A stretch of 64,000 bases of DNA from Octopus bimaculoides (taxonomy: Eukaryota): positions 35,476,744-35,540,743 of the forward strand of contig NC_068982.1 of NCBI RefSeq assembly GCF_001194135.2, given 5' to 3'. Every line of letters begins with the position of its first letter. Position 1 is the first letter of the stretch. Below the pieces are notes generated by a model. It was not told the origin of the DNA and ran no database searches. It was given only the letters and a program-made list of their open reading frames with translations. This document shows positions 1-11,964 of the stretch, in pieces. A program made the position numbers and the translations under genes.

Positions 1-52
1 TATATATATATATATATACAATAATAAAAGGAAAATAGTTCAAATTGACAAA

Positions 53-755
53 TGTTAATTTATTAACATAATATTATATTATTATTACAATAATATAAAA
101 ATATGAAAATAAATATAAGTACAATCCCTACAATCGTTTTGATTCAAACCCAAAAATCTACAGCAAATTTATAAAATTCATATTATGGAAATATTTTGGG
201 GTAAGAATCTCATCAGGCTAACGGACGAAAATCACATATGAGAAGTTTGAAATCGCAAAAGAGACTGAATCAATATATGTTTATGTTTGTAAGTGTGAGC
301 GTCAATAATTTAATTTTTAAAAATAATAAATAAAATAAAATACAATAAAAACTAATATAACAGTTATAAAATATGTGTGTGAATGTTTAAGAATATTAAT
401 TTAAGTATATTTCTGTGTGTTAGTGTTTAAAAGCAGAAATAATTTGTTATTAATCTAATGTAAAACAGTAAATATTGATTTTCAGTTCTATAATATTAAG
501 AAAATTACAACATACACAAAATAATTTTCTAAGAAAAATATCCCTTATCTCAACCACACTGACACTAAATATTATTATGATTAATTTTATAAATTATACT
601 ATGAGATTCTTACCCCAAAATATTTCCATAATATGAATTTTATAAATTTATTGTTGGTTTTTAAGTTTGAATCGAAACAGTTATAGCAATTGTATTTATA
701 TTTATATTTTTATATTATTGTAATAATGATATAATATTATGTTAAGAAATTAACA
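53..755. repeat. Long imperfect inverted repeat (arms ~53-213 and ~601-755), probably Penelope pseudo-LTR derived
   Basis: 601-650 atgagattcttaccccaaaatatttccataatatgaattttataaattt is the reverse complement of ~165-213; similarity continues with mismatches to ~53/755. Confidence 0.85.
125..220 (-). ncRNA. Decayed hammerhead-ribozyme-like motif with ~70-nt stem II insertion (second copy 598-685, +)
   Basis: Minus copy: CTGATGAG-ATTC...GAATC-AAAAC. Plus copy: (CT)ATGAG-ATTC...GAATC-GAAAC. The two copies complement to a CUGAUGA/stem II/GAAAC core; neither is intact. Confidence 0.5.
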
Positions 756-925
756 TATGGCAATTGGAACTCTCCATTTTCCTTTTATTATTGTATATTG
801 CGTATATATACCCATTCATATTGGAGAAATTTTTATACTAAATATTATATATTGGGTATTGAACAATTAACCAGTCAAAATTGGATGTTTTACATCCCTA
901 TAAGAAGAGTTTATTTCTTTGCATA

Positions 926-967
<42 letters not shown>

Positions 968-969
<2 letters not shown>

Positions 970-1363
970 CAGCTGTCTGGTTTCCGTGCTAGTGGCCCAT
1001 AAATAGCACCATTTGAGCGTAATCGTTACCAGCGTTGCCTTCTAGCACTTGTGCTGGTGGCACGTTAGAAAATCATTCGAGTGAGGTCGTTGCCAGTGCC
1101 ACTGGACTGGCTCCCGTGCAGGTGGCACATAAAAAACACCTCTGAGCGTGGCCGTTGTCAGTACCATGTGACTGGCCCTCGTGCCGGTGGCACGTAAGAG
1201 CACCCACTACACTCTCGGAGTGGTTGGCGTTAGGTAGGGCATCCAGCTGTAGAAACTCTGCCAGATCAGATTGGATCCTGGTGCAGCCTTCTGGCTTGCC
1301 AGTCCTCAGTCAAATCGTCCAACTCATGCTAGCATGGAAAGCGAACGTTAAACGATGATGATG
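968..1363 (+). mobile_element. SINE-like element with RTE-type 3' tail (family B) and internal ~70-bp tandem subrepeats
   Basis: ggagtggttggcgttagg..gggcatccagctgtagaaactctgcc...catgctagcatggaaagcgaacgttaaacgatgatgat; repeated ggtggcacgt/ggtggcacat units; many other copies in window. Confidence 0.8.
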
Positions 1364-1384
1364 ATATACATATAATATATATGG

Positions 1385-1612
1385 GTGTATGTATATATCT
1401 GTGTGTCTGTGTTTGTCCCCCACATCACCACTTGACAACTGGTGTTGGTGTGTTTATATCCCCATAGCTTAGCAGTTCAGCAAAAGAGACTAGTAGAATA
1501 GGCTTTAAAGAAAAAAGTCCTAGGGTCAAATTGTTCAATTAAAACCCTTCAAAGCGGTGCTCCAGCACAGCCGCAGTCAAATGACTGAAACAAGTAAACA
1601 AAACACGAAGAA
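1385..1612 (+). mobile_element. Family A SINE, 3' half
   Basis: Matches 3' part of the 16553-16942 copy (cttgacaac..ggtgttggtgtg..aaggcggtgctccagca..gtcaaatgactgaaacaagtaa). Confidence 0.8.
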
Positions 1613-1689
1613 AAGAATATGAATACCTATATGCGAACACACACACACACACACACACACAAATGTAAATACAGAAATACACATCGCTA

Positions 1690-1850
1690 GCCTCTAAACC
1701 TTTTTCTATTTTCTCTCCCTGTTTATTTCTGTGTTCTTCTCTATCAAAGAACATAGGCTCAAAACGTAAAAGACGTTCTCACTTCCTGAGCATTAAACTA
1801 ATACATCTGTTTGTTTTTTTACACACCCATCTTCATTTTTTTTTTTGGTA
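1690..1850 (+). mobile_element. Penelope-type terminal repeat remnant with decayed hammerhead (second copy ~28215-28380, -)
   Basis: ggctcaaaacgtaaaagac..gagcattaaactaatacatctgtttg is shared with revcomp of 28260-28330 (gagtgtagactcaaagtgtaaaagac..agcattaaactaatacacctgtttg); residual stem II + GAAAC-like motif. Confidence 0.5.
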
Positions 1851-2067
1851 AATTCTCACCATATACATAAACACGTGGATAGATGCACAATGTAAAATTA
1901 TATGAGAGATGGCAGAGGAGAGAGGGAAAGAAAGATGAAACAGCAGAAAGACTATGCATAAATATGTGCAGATTGAATTTTTGTGGCTGAATGCAGACAA
2001 ATGACCAGAAGTAGAGCAAAAACTCAAAGATCTGAATACAAACCAACATTTAAATAGAACTATAAAT

Positions 2068-3260
2068 AAGATACACACTAACGCACACGAAAAATAGCAC
2101 GAATAGAACTTTAGAAATATATAAGAAGAAAATATATAGTTTCTTTAAAAGAAACGGGCTTAGGATTATAATTTATAACGAATATAGTAATGTCAACTAC
2201 TTAGATGTAAATTTCAACTTAATAACAGGTATAACCCAACCTTACCATAAAATTAACGAAAACCTGAAATATATTAACGCTAAAAAAGCATTAGTAAATA
2301 ATATAGGGAAAAGAATTTCAGTACTTTCTTCCAACTATGAGATATTCAATAAACATGCACCATATTATAATGAAGCGCTTCATAAGGCGGGATATAATCA
2401 TAATATTAAATTATTCAACAATTCTAAATATAATTATAATTTAAAAGATAACTTAAATGATGAATACACCTATTATAATAAACACAGTATTCAGAATCAC
2501 CTAAAGCCAGAGATAGGTAGTAATATGAACAAAAAAACCTCATAGTAATAATAAGAAAAAGAATAAAATATGGCTAATAATTCCCTATGGGATACAGGTG
2601 AAAGTTAACATTATTAAAGGGATTTTAAATATAATTAAGATATTTATTAAAGACAACAAGAAATATAAGGACACATTTTCTACCAATCATTTTGGAGTTG
2701 GTTACTCTACCACTAATAATGTTTGCAATATCATTGCATCCTTTAATAAATTTAAATTAGATAAATTTTACAATAATAAATTAAGTAATACCTTCATTGG
2801 AGTCCAAAATATAATTGATTGTAATTGTAGAGATAAGACTAAATGTAAATTTAATAATAGATGTAACGTTGAGACATAGTATATAAATGTATAGTGATTT
2901 TGAAGGATAATAACTGTAGTAATAATGTTAACATAAATACTACTTACATTGGATCGACTTCCAATCAAATTAAATCCCGAGTGGCCCAACATATGAATTC
3001 TTTTAAGAACAGAAATTTAATTAACTCTACGAGCCTTAGTAAATACATTTAAATCAAAAAGAATAGAATACGAATTAAAATGGGAAATAGTTTGCAAGGC
3101 TAAATCATATAGGATAGGGAATAAATTCTGCTTATTATGTACTAACGAATTTAAAGAGATATTATTAGCTAATAAAAAAAATTGATTAATTCCCACGATG
3201 AACGTAATATTAAATGCAGATATAATTTAAATTACTTATATAATAAATTTAGATAACTAA
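2068..3260 (+). mobile_element. Penelope-like retroelement, 5'-truncated, frameshifted RT C-terminus + GIY-YIG endonuclease
   Basis: Translations: VNYLDVNFNL..PYHKINENLKYIN; RISVLSSNYEIFNKHAPYYNEALHKAGY; CNCRDKTKCKFNNRC; YIGSTSNQIKSRVAQHMNSFK; KWEIVCKAKSYRIGNKFCLLCTNE. These are hallmark Penelope-clade motifs. Confidence 0.92.
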
Positions 3261-3522
3261 TTTATTTATTTAAACCTAGGATTGGGTACCAACTTATAGT
3301 TATGATCAGTAGCGTAAAATACATCAAATTAGCTTTAGAATACACTTTAATCATCACAATATTATACAAAATTGGAACATATAACTACCTTTACTTTAAG
3401 TATTCAACGATAATATGAGCAGTCTTTTAGAATGTTTCATAACATTATTTAAGTAATATATAACTTAAGTTATATATAGTTATTATTCTGCGTAAATCTG
3501 AGAGTTTTAAGTATTTTAGTAT

Positions 3523-4293
3523 TAGGATCTTTCTGACTTGACGGGCAACACTTGTTTTCTTAACGAAACACTTTCAAACTTGGGATACTGGTAGAATGTG
3601 TCATATAAAACATCTTTTTCTCCTAGCTTTCTTAACAAAAAATTATATATTGCAAGTTATTTCATGTTAAACTTGTCGTATTTCTGTAATTTCAACCAAT
3701 CACTGACGTCTATTCAGCTGAATACAGTTACTGCTCTTTTTATAAACAATAATTTTTGCTGGTGTCAAGAGTGTTATTCCCTGTTTAATTATATCATTAT
3801 TCCCTAGTAAGGTTTTAGGGTTGGGGTTAGAGTTATGGTTATGAGTTTTAGGGTTAGGGTTAAGGTTATGAGTGAGGTTATGGCAAAAATAACCGCAATC
3901 CTAAAACTAACCCTAAAACCCGAACCCTAACCCTAAAACTTTAAAGCTAAAACCGGTACAAACGCACGAACGATGTCATAAATAACAGTGACAAACGAAA
4001 TATATACCGCTGATAGTTGTTGTTGACAAACAACGGCACTAATTTTATTCAAGGGAAAAGATCCCATGACACCGTTGTTTACATTCCACGGCAGTAATTG
4101 TTTTCACCTCAATAGACGTCAGTGATTGGTTGAAATTACCGAAATACGACAATTTTTTACATGAAATAACTTCGAATACAAAAATTTTTACCTGTTCTAT
4201 AACAAGTATACGAAGTTTGAAAGTGTTTCAGTACCAAAAACACTACATAAAACATTAATGAAAAGTGTTGCCCGTCAAATCAGAAAGATCCTA
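3523..4293. repeat. Long imperfect inverted repeat (arms ~3523-3782 and ~4051-4293) downstream of the Penelope ORF
   Basis: taggatctttctgacttgacgggcaacactt / aagtgttgcccgtcaaatcagaaagatccta and ttcaaccaatcactgacgtctatt / aatagacgtcagtgattggttgaa. Direct repeat tatagttattattctgcgt..aagtattttagtatt at ~3475 and ~4475. Confidence 0.9.
3806..4010. repeat. Degenerate telomere-like repeats in inverted arrangement (TTAGGG-like block then CCCTAA-like block)
   Basis: ttttagggttggggttagagtt..tttagggttagggttaagg (3810-3870) followed by cctaaaactaaccctaaaacccgaaccctaaccctaaaac (3900-3940). Confidence 0.8.
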
Positions 4294-5383
4294 GTATTAT
4301 TAATCTTCAATAAACGTTTTATTTTAGGTAGATTTTCTTTTTCGATATTTTCGTTATTATTTTAGTAATTATAATACGTATTTACCTCTGGTAATGGACG
4401 CCATATTTATCACGTGACTTTTCAGTATTAATTTTCATAGCATTATGTACGTAATATAGAATTTTCGTATGTGTATAGTTATTATTCTGCGTTAATTTGC
4501 TAGTTTAAGTATTTTAGTATTTTTAATCATCAAGAACCTTTTTATTTATCACGTGACCTTTTAGTATAAATTCTATAGCACAGCCATTTTTATTTTAATC
4601 TACGGTAACCCGCCGGCAGATAAGTTTTCTTATTTTAATTTTACAAACAATATTGACATCCATCTTTTAGTAACTTTATACACTGACACATGTTTTTACT
4701 ATTATCTACTTATTCCATAATGTTTTAACCTTGTTTACTATAATACTCTTTTTCAATATTTTTAGATTGTAACTCTTAATAATTATATTAATACCGTTAA
4801 TGTAGGGATTAGTTTACAGATTTTATCTCTATATATATTTTTATTTCTCATGTTTATGTTTACTCCTTGAATGATTTTTAGGTATTTTCTTAGGGACGAG
4901 TGACTGATTTTGGGAGTAAAATCATTTCCCCGTTCTAATGAACTCAGATAGAATTTGCTTACGATTTTATATAGTCCTATTTCAGCCATGAAAAGCACGT
5001 AGTCTATGTACTAGCACTAACTTTTTACATTTATACTTCCATACTGTATATTATTATCGTATTAATTTTTACTATCTAATTTATAAATTTGACTTATACA
5101 TTTTTTTTAATTAATATTTCTATGATTTATTTATGTAATATATTATTTAATTTAAATTTTTAGATTAAAATCTTAGATATATTAAGATGGTATATGCCTC
5201 ACAGCATGGATTTGGACGGGTTCTGAGTTGTAGAGTGGTGGTTCATCTCTAAATTAGTTATATNNNNNNNNNNAACCCTGGGTAGCTGTTTTTAACGAAA
5301 CTTGTGATTTTTATTATAAAGTTATCTTTGCTCTCTTAGCTGACTGAGTGCTCATCTATTTGTTGAAGCCTTACCACATAATT

Positions 5384-5414
<31 letters not shown>

Positions 5415-5421
<7 letters not shown>

Positions 5422-5630
5422 CACCTTTCAGAGACTTTAGGCAGAAGGCTGGAAATTTTGTGGAGGGGAGTCTGTCAATTACTTTGCCCTAGTGCTCACA
5501 TAGTATTTATTTCACAAACCACAAAATAATGAAAGGCAAAATTGACCTTGGTTAAATTTGAACTCAGAACATGAAGCTGGAAGATATGCCACTAATCATT
5601 TTCTCCAGTGTGCTAAGACTTCTGCCACAC
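5415..5630 (-). mobile_element. Nin-domain SINE (family E)
   Basis: Revcomp matches the family E core ttctgagttcaaattt..caaggtcaattttgcctttcatt seen at 55081-55296. Confidence 0.7.
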
Positions 5631-6043
5631 ACACGTCTCTCTCTCTCTCTCTCACATACATACACACACATATTTCCATCTGAAATCCCAGGTGAGTCAC
5701 ATCACAACAGGAGGCACAAGGAAGAGCAGCTTCGTCCAACTTGCTTCTTCATCAAAAACAGTTCTGAAAGGAGACCCCAAAACACTGAAAGCAGTGCTCC
5801 AGCATGGCCTCACCCTCTGACTGAAAACAGTAAAAGAATAAGGAATATATATATATATATATGCACACATACATACATATGTACACACATACATTTACAC
5901 AGGAGGAAAATGTACTCAGTGTAGAAGTGGGGTGCAATTATTTATTATAGTTTTCAGATTACACATTTGTGCTACTTTGAGTTTCAATAGTATCCTTGCA
6001 TATCACACACATAAAGACATGCAGATACACTTGCGTATATATA

Positions 6044-6150
6044 TTTAGCTTTACAACATTTCTTCAGACCCTAAAACCCAGAGGCTAACGGGTTTTAGAC
6101 TCTGAAGAAATGTTGTAAGGCTAAATGCTTTATGAACATGAAACTCAGGA
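6044..6150 (+). ncRNA. Fold-back hairpin overlapping a hammerhead-like core
   Basis: Arms 6044-6079 / 6090-6125 (ttacaacatttcttcaga..taaaaccc / gggtttta..tctgaagaaatgttgtaa); CTGAAGA-A-ATGTT...AACAT-GAAAC at 6102-6144; no intact stem I or cleavage triplet. Confidence 0.5.
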
Positions 6151-6527
6151 TAACCCCATAGACCGGCTATATCTATTTTTACCTATATACTCTACTGCTC
6201 TATAACTTAGAGTGCAGTTCTATTTCAGATTTATGTATGTGGTTTTTCTGGTGTTATATTTATTCCTGAAGATGTATAGAGAAGTTTTGATTTGTTAAGT
6301 CTCTTAATGAATTCTTTATACTGAAATATATAGTAAAGAAGATAAATATGTTCATTTGAATATATACATTTTTGCGTCGTAACTCCTTTATTATTATTAA
6401 TATAACTAAAAGGATCGATTCTTGAAGAGTCTACATACCTTCACTGTCGTTTTTTTCTGCTATTTTACAAACAGCTATTTAATCATTACCTATGGAGTTA
6501 TTTAATATAGACGCTTGAAATATATAT

Positions 6528-6564
<37 letters not shown>

Positions 6565-6663
6565 GTTCAAAAAAAGATTAGAGATCGATACAAATCAAAT
6601 TTTTGTATATAAAAGATGGAGGTGGAAATAGCACAAGACATTTCAATTTAGAAAGAATTTAAT

Positions 6664-7081
6664 NNNNNNNNNNNNNNNNNNNNNNNNNNNNNNNNNNNNN
6701 NNNNNNNNNNNNNNNNNNNNNNNNNNNNNNNNNNNNNNNNNNNNNNNNNNNNNNNNNNNNNNNNNNNNNNNNNNNNNNNNNNNNNNNNNNNNNNNNNNNN
6801 NNNNNNNNNNNNNNNNNNNNNNNNNNNNNNNNNNNNNNNNNNNNNNNNNNNNNNNNNNNNNNNNNNNNNNNNNNNNNNNNNNNNNNNNNNNNNNNNNNNN
6901 NNNNNNNNNNNNNNNNNNNNNNNNNNNNNNNNNNNNNNNNNNNNNNNNNNNNNNNNNNNNNNNNNNNNNNNNNNNNNNNNNNNNNNNNNNNNNNNNNNNN
7001 NNNNNNNNNNNNNNNNNNNNNNNNNNNNNNNNNNNNNNNNNNNNNNNNNNNNNNNNNNNNNNNNNNNNNNNNNNNNNNNNN
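6664..7081. other. Assembly gap (others: 5264-5273, 29802-29901, 30206-30615, 48682-48691, 56661-56670)
   Basis: N runs, mostly adjacent to (TA)n tracts. Confidence 1.
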
Positions 7082-7116
<35 letters not shown>

Positions 7117-7253
7117 CCTTCAAGTTTGTTTACAGGAAACATTTTGAATATGCATATAAAAGCTCTTATTCTCCAGCCTAATTGGTGCCAACTGGCGATA
7201 CCAGATTTTTGGGGTTGCACCGAGCTATGCCGATATAATGTAGGACAAATGTA

Positions 7254-7329
7254 GTAATAACAGTAATAATCCTTGGATGGAATTTTAAGATATTTATAAA
7301 TTCCATCCAAGAATTATTATTGCTATTAC
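7254..7329. repeat. 76-nt near-perfect hairpin (32-bp arms, 12-nt loop)
   Basis: gtaataacagtaataatccttggatggaattt / aaattccatccaagaattattattgctattac; 3 differences. Confidence 0.9.
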
Positions 7330-7879
7330 CACATATATATATGTGTGTGTGTACAAAATATTATATATAGAGAGAGAGGGTGGGGAGAGTGTATGTGTGT
7401 GAGTGTATATATCTGAGTGTGTATATGTGAGAGAGTGTTTGCGTGTGTGTGTGTGTGTATGAGAGAGAGTGAATGTGTGTTGTGTGTCTGAGTGTTTATG
7501 CACACACACTTATATTGGAAATAAGTAAAGACATAAGTAATATATCAAGTAAAGACATAAGTAATACATCAAGTAATTGAAAGACATTTGCATTTATCCA
7601 TTTCTCATACCAAATTCTATAGAAAGTGATTGTGATATTCTACAGAGAACTTTCATGAGAAACAGATAATGGTTTTTAGAAGCTGATGATTTATTGGAGA
7701 AAAAAATTTTCAGTTTTACTTTTTGTCCCATAAAACTAGTTCTCTGCCAAAGATAGATGTAGACTGATCAAAAAAAATTAATTAAACTCTAAGATTTTTA
7801 ATTTAAATAATATTAGACGACCTTATAAGCACAGATTAGGAGCATTCATTGTAAAGAGAATGGATTATGTCACTGTGAA

Positions 7880-8200
7880 GGCACATGGTTTAGTGGTTAG
7901 AGTATTCAGCTCACAATCATAAGATCATGAGTTTGACTCCTAGGAGTACATTGCAGTCATGAACAAGACACTTTATTTCACATTGCTCCAATTAACTCAC
8001 TTGGTAAAAATGAGCTGTACCTCTATTCCAAAGGGCTAGTCTTGTCACGCTGAATCTCCTTGAGAACTATGTTAAGGGTACATGTGTCTGTGGAGTGCTC
8101 AGCCACTTGCACATTAATTTAACAAGCAGCTGTTTCATTCATCAGATCAACTGATCTTCATAATTCAATTCATCAGATCTTCATAACTGACAGAGTGACA
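7880..8200 (+). mobile_element. tRNA-derived SINE, apparent chimera (family C head + family D tail)
   Basis: Head gcacatggtttagtggttagagtattcagctcacaatcat..aagacactttatttcacattgctcc as at 44372; tail gtcacgctgaatctcc..gttaagggtacatgtgtctgtggagtgctcagccacttgcac as at 59745-59820. Confidence 0.7.
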
Positions 8201-8382
8201 GTTTTACTGTCTGCTCTATGTTGATTCTGTTTAGCGAATCAGTGGTGTTCCTATAAGTTGATATGCCTAGATTCTTTATGAATCTTATAAAACCACAAAT
8301 ATGCAGAGAGTAAATAATTTATTAGAACAGAAATACAGAGTCTTTAACTTCAAAGTTTTGTCAGCCAGCTGTTACCTTTTAT

Positions 8383-8770
8383 CTTTGACTTGTTTCAGCC
8401 ATTAGACTGTGGCTGTGCTGCGGCACTGCCTCGAAGAATTTTAGTCAAACAAATCAATCCCAGTACTTATTTGTTTAAACCTGGTATACTTATTCTATCA
8501 TTCTCTTTTGCCAAACCACAAAGTTATGGGGACATAGACACCAACACTGGTTGCCAAGTGGTGGTGGTTGACAAGACACATGTGCACACACATATACACA
8601 TCACAGGCTTCTTTCAGTTTCTGTCTACCAAATTCTCTCACACGGCTTTGGTCAGCCTAAGGTTATAGCAGAAGACACTTGCCCAGTGTACCATGCAGTG
8701 GAACTGAAACTTTAACCATATGGTTTATATGGTTGGGAAGGAAACTTATTACCACTCAGCTATGTCTGTG
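8383..8770 (-). mobile_element. Family A SINE
   Basis: Revcomp matches the 16553-16942 copy over most of its length. Confidence 0.8.
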
Positions 8771-8899
8771 CCTTTGTTCAGAAAAATGTGTAACTGGCAA
8801 TCATCAATAAACATACAACAGTTTTTGTCCATGTTTAGATTCAGCCAAACATCTATATTAATGTATGTGTATTTGTGAATCCACACACATTTGGATAAT

Positions 8900-9410
8900 T
8901 GTGTCTTGTTTGAGGGTGAGGTGTTGATATAAAGAATGTTTGAAATACTTCAGTTGACCCTTCACTGATGGGTCTTCAGGATGTGAATCAGTCTTTTTCT
9001 GTTTTTTCCCTCAAAATAACCCAGCCTTTCTGAGTTACTATGTAAATATTTTCTTACATAGCCTTTCACTATTGACTTAGATATCAATGAGATCCTATAA
9101 TCACCAGGTTCTCTATTAGCTTGCTGTATATATATATATCATTTTGCTCTCAGCAGCAATCAACAAGATAGCCACATCTGCTGGACATCTGATCTCCAAA
9201 ACACAGTCCATCATATTTGCTTTTGGTCCCTTAGAATCTTCACTCTTTGTTGTCTTTGCACCAAGTGAATGTTTTTATTAAACTGTTCCACCAATGTTTA
9301 TTTTTATTGTTTTAAATGTGTCTATTGTACTTTTGGACTTACGTCAGTGATATCCTTCCATTATATGTGGGTTTTGCTGCAATATCATACATCATATGGC
9401 AATAATACTC
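8900..9410 (-). mobile_element. Highly decayed Penelope-like GIY-YIG tail with hammerhead-like motif (8945-8985)
   Basis: Minus: TLVEQFNKNIHLVQ..VKIL resembles the GIY-YIG C-terminal TxVAEHFN..H..VKIL; downstream cctgaagacccatcagtgaagggtc resembles CUGAAGA + stem II. Confidence 0.35.
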
Positions 9411-10694
9411 TGTTGGTGAACCAATGAAAGAACTTCTCCATGGTAGCTCAACCTGGTAGAAATAGCAGCCAAATCTGTCTAAAATCACACCGTACTATCT
9501 TATAAATAAAAGAATGCATTGATATACTATATTTGGTAAAATGTTAGATGAGGTTGGATAGTTGCAGCTGGAATACCTTTGATTATAGGTTTATTTGATT
9601 TAGTTTTGACTTCAGGATAAACAATGCATTCTTTTATATTTAGGGCAACTGCTGCTAATGATATGTATTATCTAATATATCAAAATTATTTGATGGCTGT
9701 CTCGTGTATTGAAAGGTTGTTGTTTTTTTTTATTCATTCATTTAAATATATTGACAGTACTTTTATATTCAACATAATTCATATTACAAATGTCCACTTA
9801 AACCAATGAGGAGTATAGTTTTTAAGAAATTGAAATAAATGAAGATAGCTTGATACAATTGAGTGCTCTTGTCTCCTGGAAACATGAGAGCTAAATGATA
9901 TTTCACTATTACATCAGAAATGTTGTTTACACCAGTATCAAAGTCGAATGAAACACTTGTTTTGAGAATGTTATTCTACATCATGATAGGTGCATAAGGA
10001 TATATTTACAAGCAAAACTGCTAGTTCTAAAATCTCTCTAAGAGATCAGTATAGTCGTACTGACAAGTAATATTCATAGCCACTTTAACATGGCTGTCCG
10101 TTCAAGCAGACTCTACTGTGATTTTTTAACCCCAAGAGGACATCTCCTCATTTTAGACTATATTACCATCTTGCATGAAAAAAATTCAATATGGTATATT
10201 AATGCTGATTAGCAAAGGTGCACTTTAGGTAACTAATCAGAATTTAACTGAGACCTCAAAGCAATGGAACAAATACCACAAGGCATTCAGTCTAAATTTC
10301 TCACAGTTCTGCCAATCTGTTGACCTAGATTGGTCCCTTTTTTTTATCAACCCAAAACATATACACCCATCCATCCATCTTCTTTACCTGGTAGTGTCAT
10401 GGGGGTAGAGCCCTCAGGTACCTCCTAATAGAATCTTATAAGAAATAACCATCATCAGTTTTTCTGGCTGGATTACCAAGTGTGCCTACTGAGACTGTGA
10501 ATCCTTGTTCAATTAGCTTTGCTTGAATAATCTGTTTTGTGATTCTTTCCATTCTAATCACATATCCATAGTACTAGAACTTCTCAATTCAAAGAAGTAG
10601 TGGATTGATCTGGAGAGACTTCCTTATCTCTGAGCTATGTACCCTGTTGAGTAATGTGTGGCTTCTGATCTGGATGCAGCACAACTGACCAGAA

Positions 10695-11419
10695 AAGTCA
10701 GCAAATTGAGTCAATAGGTTCCTCACAAACTCTCCAAGTCTAATCACATGCAGAGAGTGAATGTGTGCTCTTCTTTGTTGTTGCGTCTCACGAATGAACC
10801 TCTTCTGGACCGAATAGACACTGGTGACAAAAAAGCACTGAAGACAGCGGGTAGGGAAAGGAGAAACACTGGCACCCCAGGCTAAAGGGGTTCTTCACTC
10901 ACGTATGGTATTTTTATCTGTTTGGTGGGTATGAAAGGTTTAGTCCACTTTGAACTTTTAAACCCAAACCAAATGATAACAAAGGAGATCTACTGTGAGC
11001 AGCCTGAGTGGCTTAAGTCAGTGCTAGTAGAAAATCGACCATCTTTGGTTTCAAGATGAAAAGTGTTCTTCCATCAGGATAATGCTCGGCCACATACAGC
11101 GAGGATGACATTCCAAAGGCTGGAGCAGTTTGAATGGGAAACGATGCTTCACCCATCATATTCGCTGGTCATTGCCCCATCTGACTATCATTTATTCCAC
11201 AGTCTTCAAAATCATTTGGATGGAAAAAATATGACAGTACTGGAGGAGTATTTTTCGTCACAGACAAGTGAATTTTGGAAGAGGGTCCTTGCAAGTCTAC
11301 CAGATAGATTGAAGAGCATTGTAGAAAATGAAAGAGAGTATATTTTAGATTAAAAAGAACTTTATCTTAACTTTGAAAAATAAAGGAAGTGTAAAAGACC
11401 TCATTATTTATGGGATGAC

Positions 11420-11425
<6 letters not shown>
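10695..11425 (+). mobile_element. Mariner (DD34D) transposon, 5'-truncated, with right TIR and TA target
   Basis: KVSKLSQ*VPHKL (WVPHEL-like), LDRIDTGDKK, FHQDNARPHTA, HPSYSLVIAPSDYHLFHSLQNHL; end ..ttatgggatgacccaata then (TA)n. Confidence 0.93.
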
Positions 11426-11506
<81 letters not shown>

Positions 11507-11560
11507 CCATATATATATACATATCCATATATATATACATATCCATATATATATACATGA
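11424..11560. repeat. (TA)n microsatellite followed by 18-bp minisatellite (atatatatacatatccat x3)
   Basis: Direct reading. Confidence 0.95.
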
Positions 11561-11964
11561 TAGGCTTATTCCATGTGTGTGTGTCTTGGTTTGCATTTTT
11601 ATTTGTCCCTTACCACCAGGGTTTCTTTGTTTATATCACCATAACATAGGGGTTTGGCAAAAGTGAATGATAGAACAAGTACCAGGTTTGAGTAAGTTCG
11701 TATGTGTGTGTATGTTTCTGTGTGCATTTGTATATCCTTTTCATATATCATAGTCATTGGCTCTTATCAGTCTGGTGGTGTTAGAGAGGTAGGGGTAGGT
11801 GCGACAGTGTGGGTAGGAGCAGGAGAGAGCTGGGAGGAAACTATATATATATTTACACACACACACACACACTCACACACACACAAAAACAGTATTACTA
11901 TCAAATAGGTATAAAGGTATGTAAGGAATGAAGTAAGGAGTTTGAGGGGCAGAAGATTTTATGT

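Noticed and set aside
4783-4998. 71-aa minus-strand ORF near the Penelope element
   Set aside because: No recognisable motif; cannot assign to the PLE N-terminus or a host gene.
5685-5697. Strong donor CCAG|GTGAGT
   Set aside because: No supporting upstream acceptor or reading frame in unique sequence.
6648-7310. Long ORFs in the track containing X runs (also 29615-30691)
   Set aside because: They run through N gaps.
11367-11666. Numerous YIYI/CVCV/SLSL/HTHT/IIII ORFs throughout the window
   Set aside because: Translations of TA, TG, CT, CA and ATT microsatellites.
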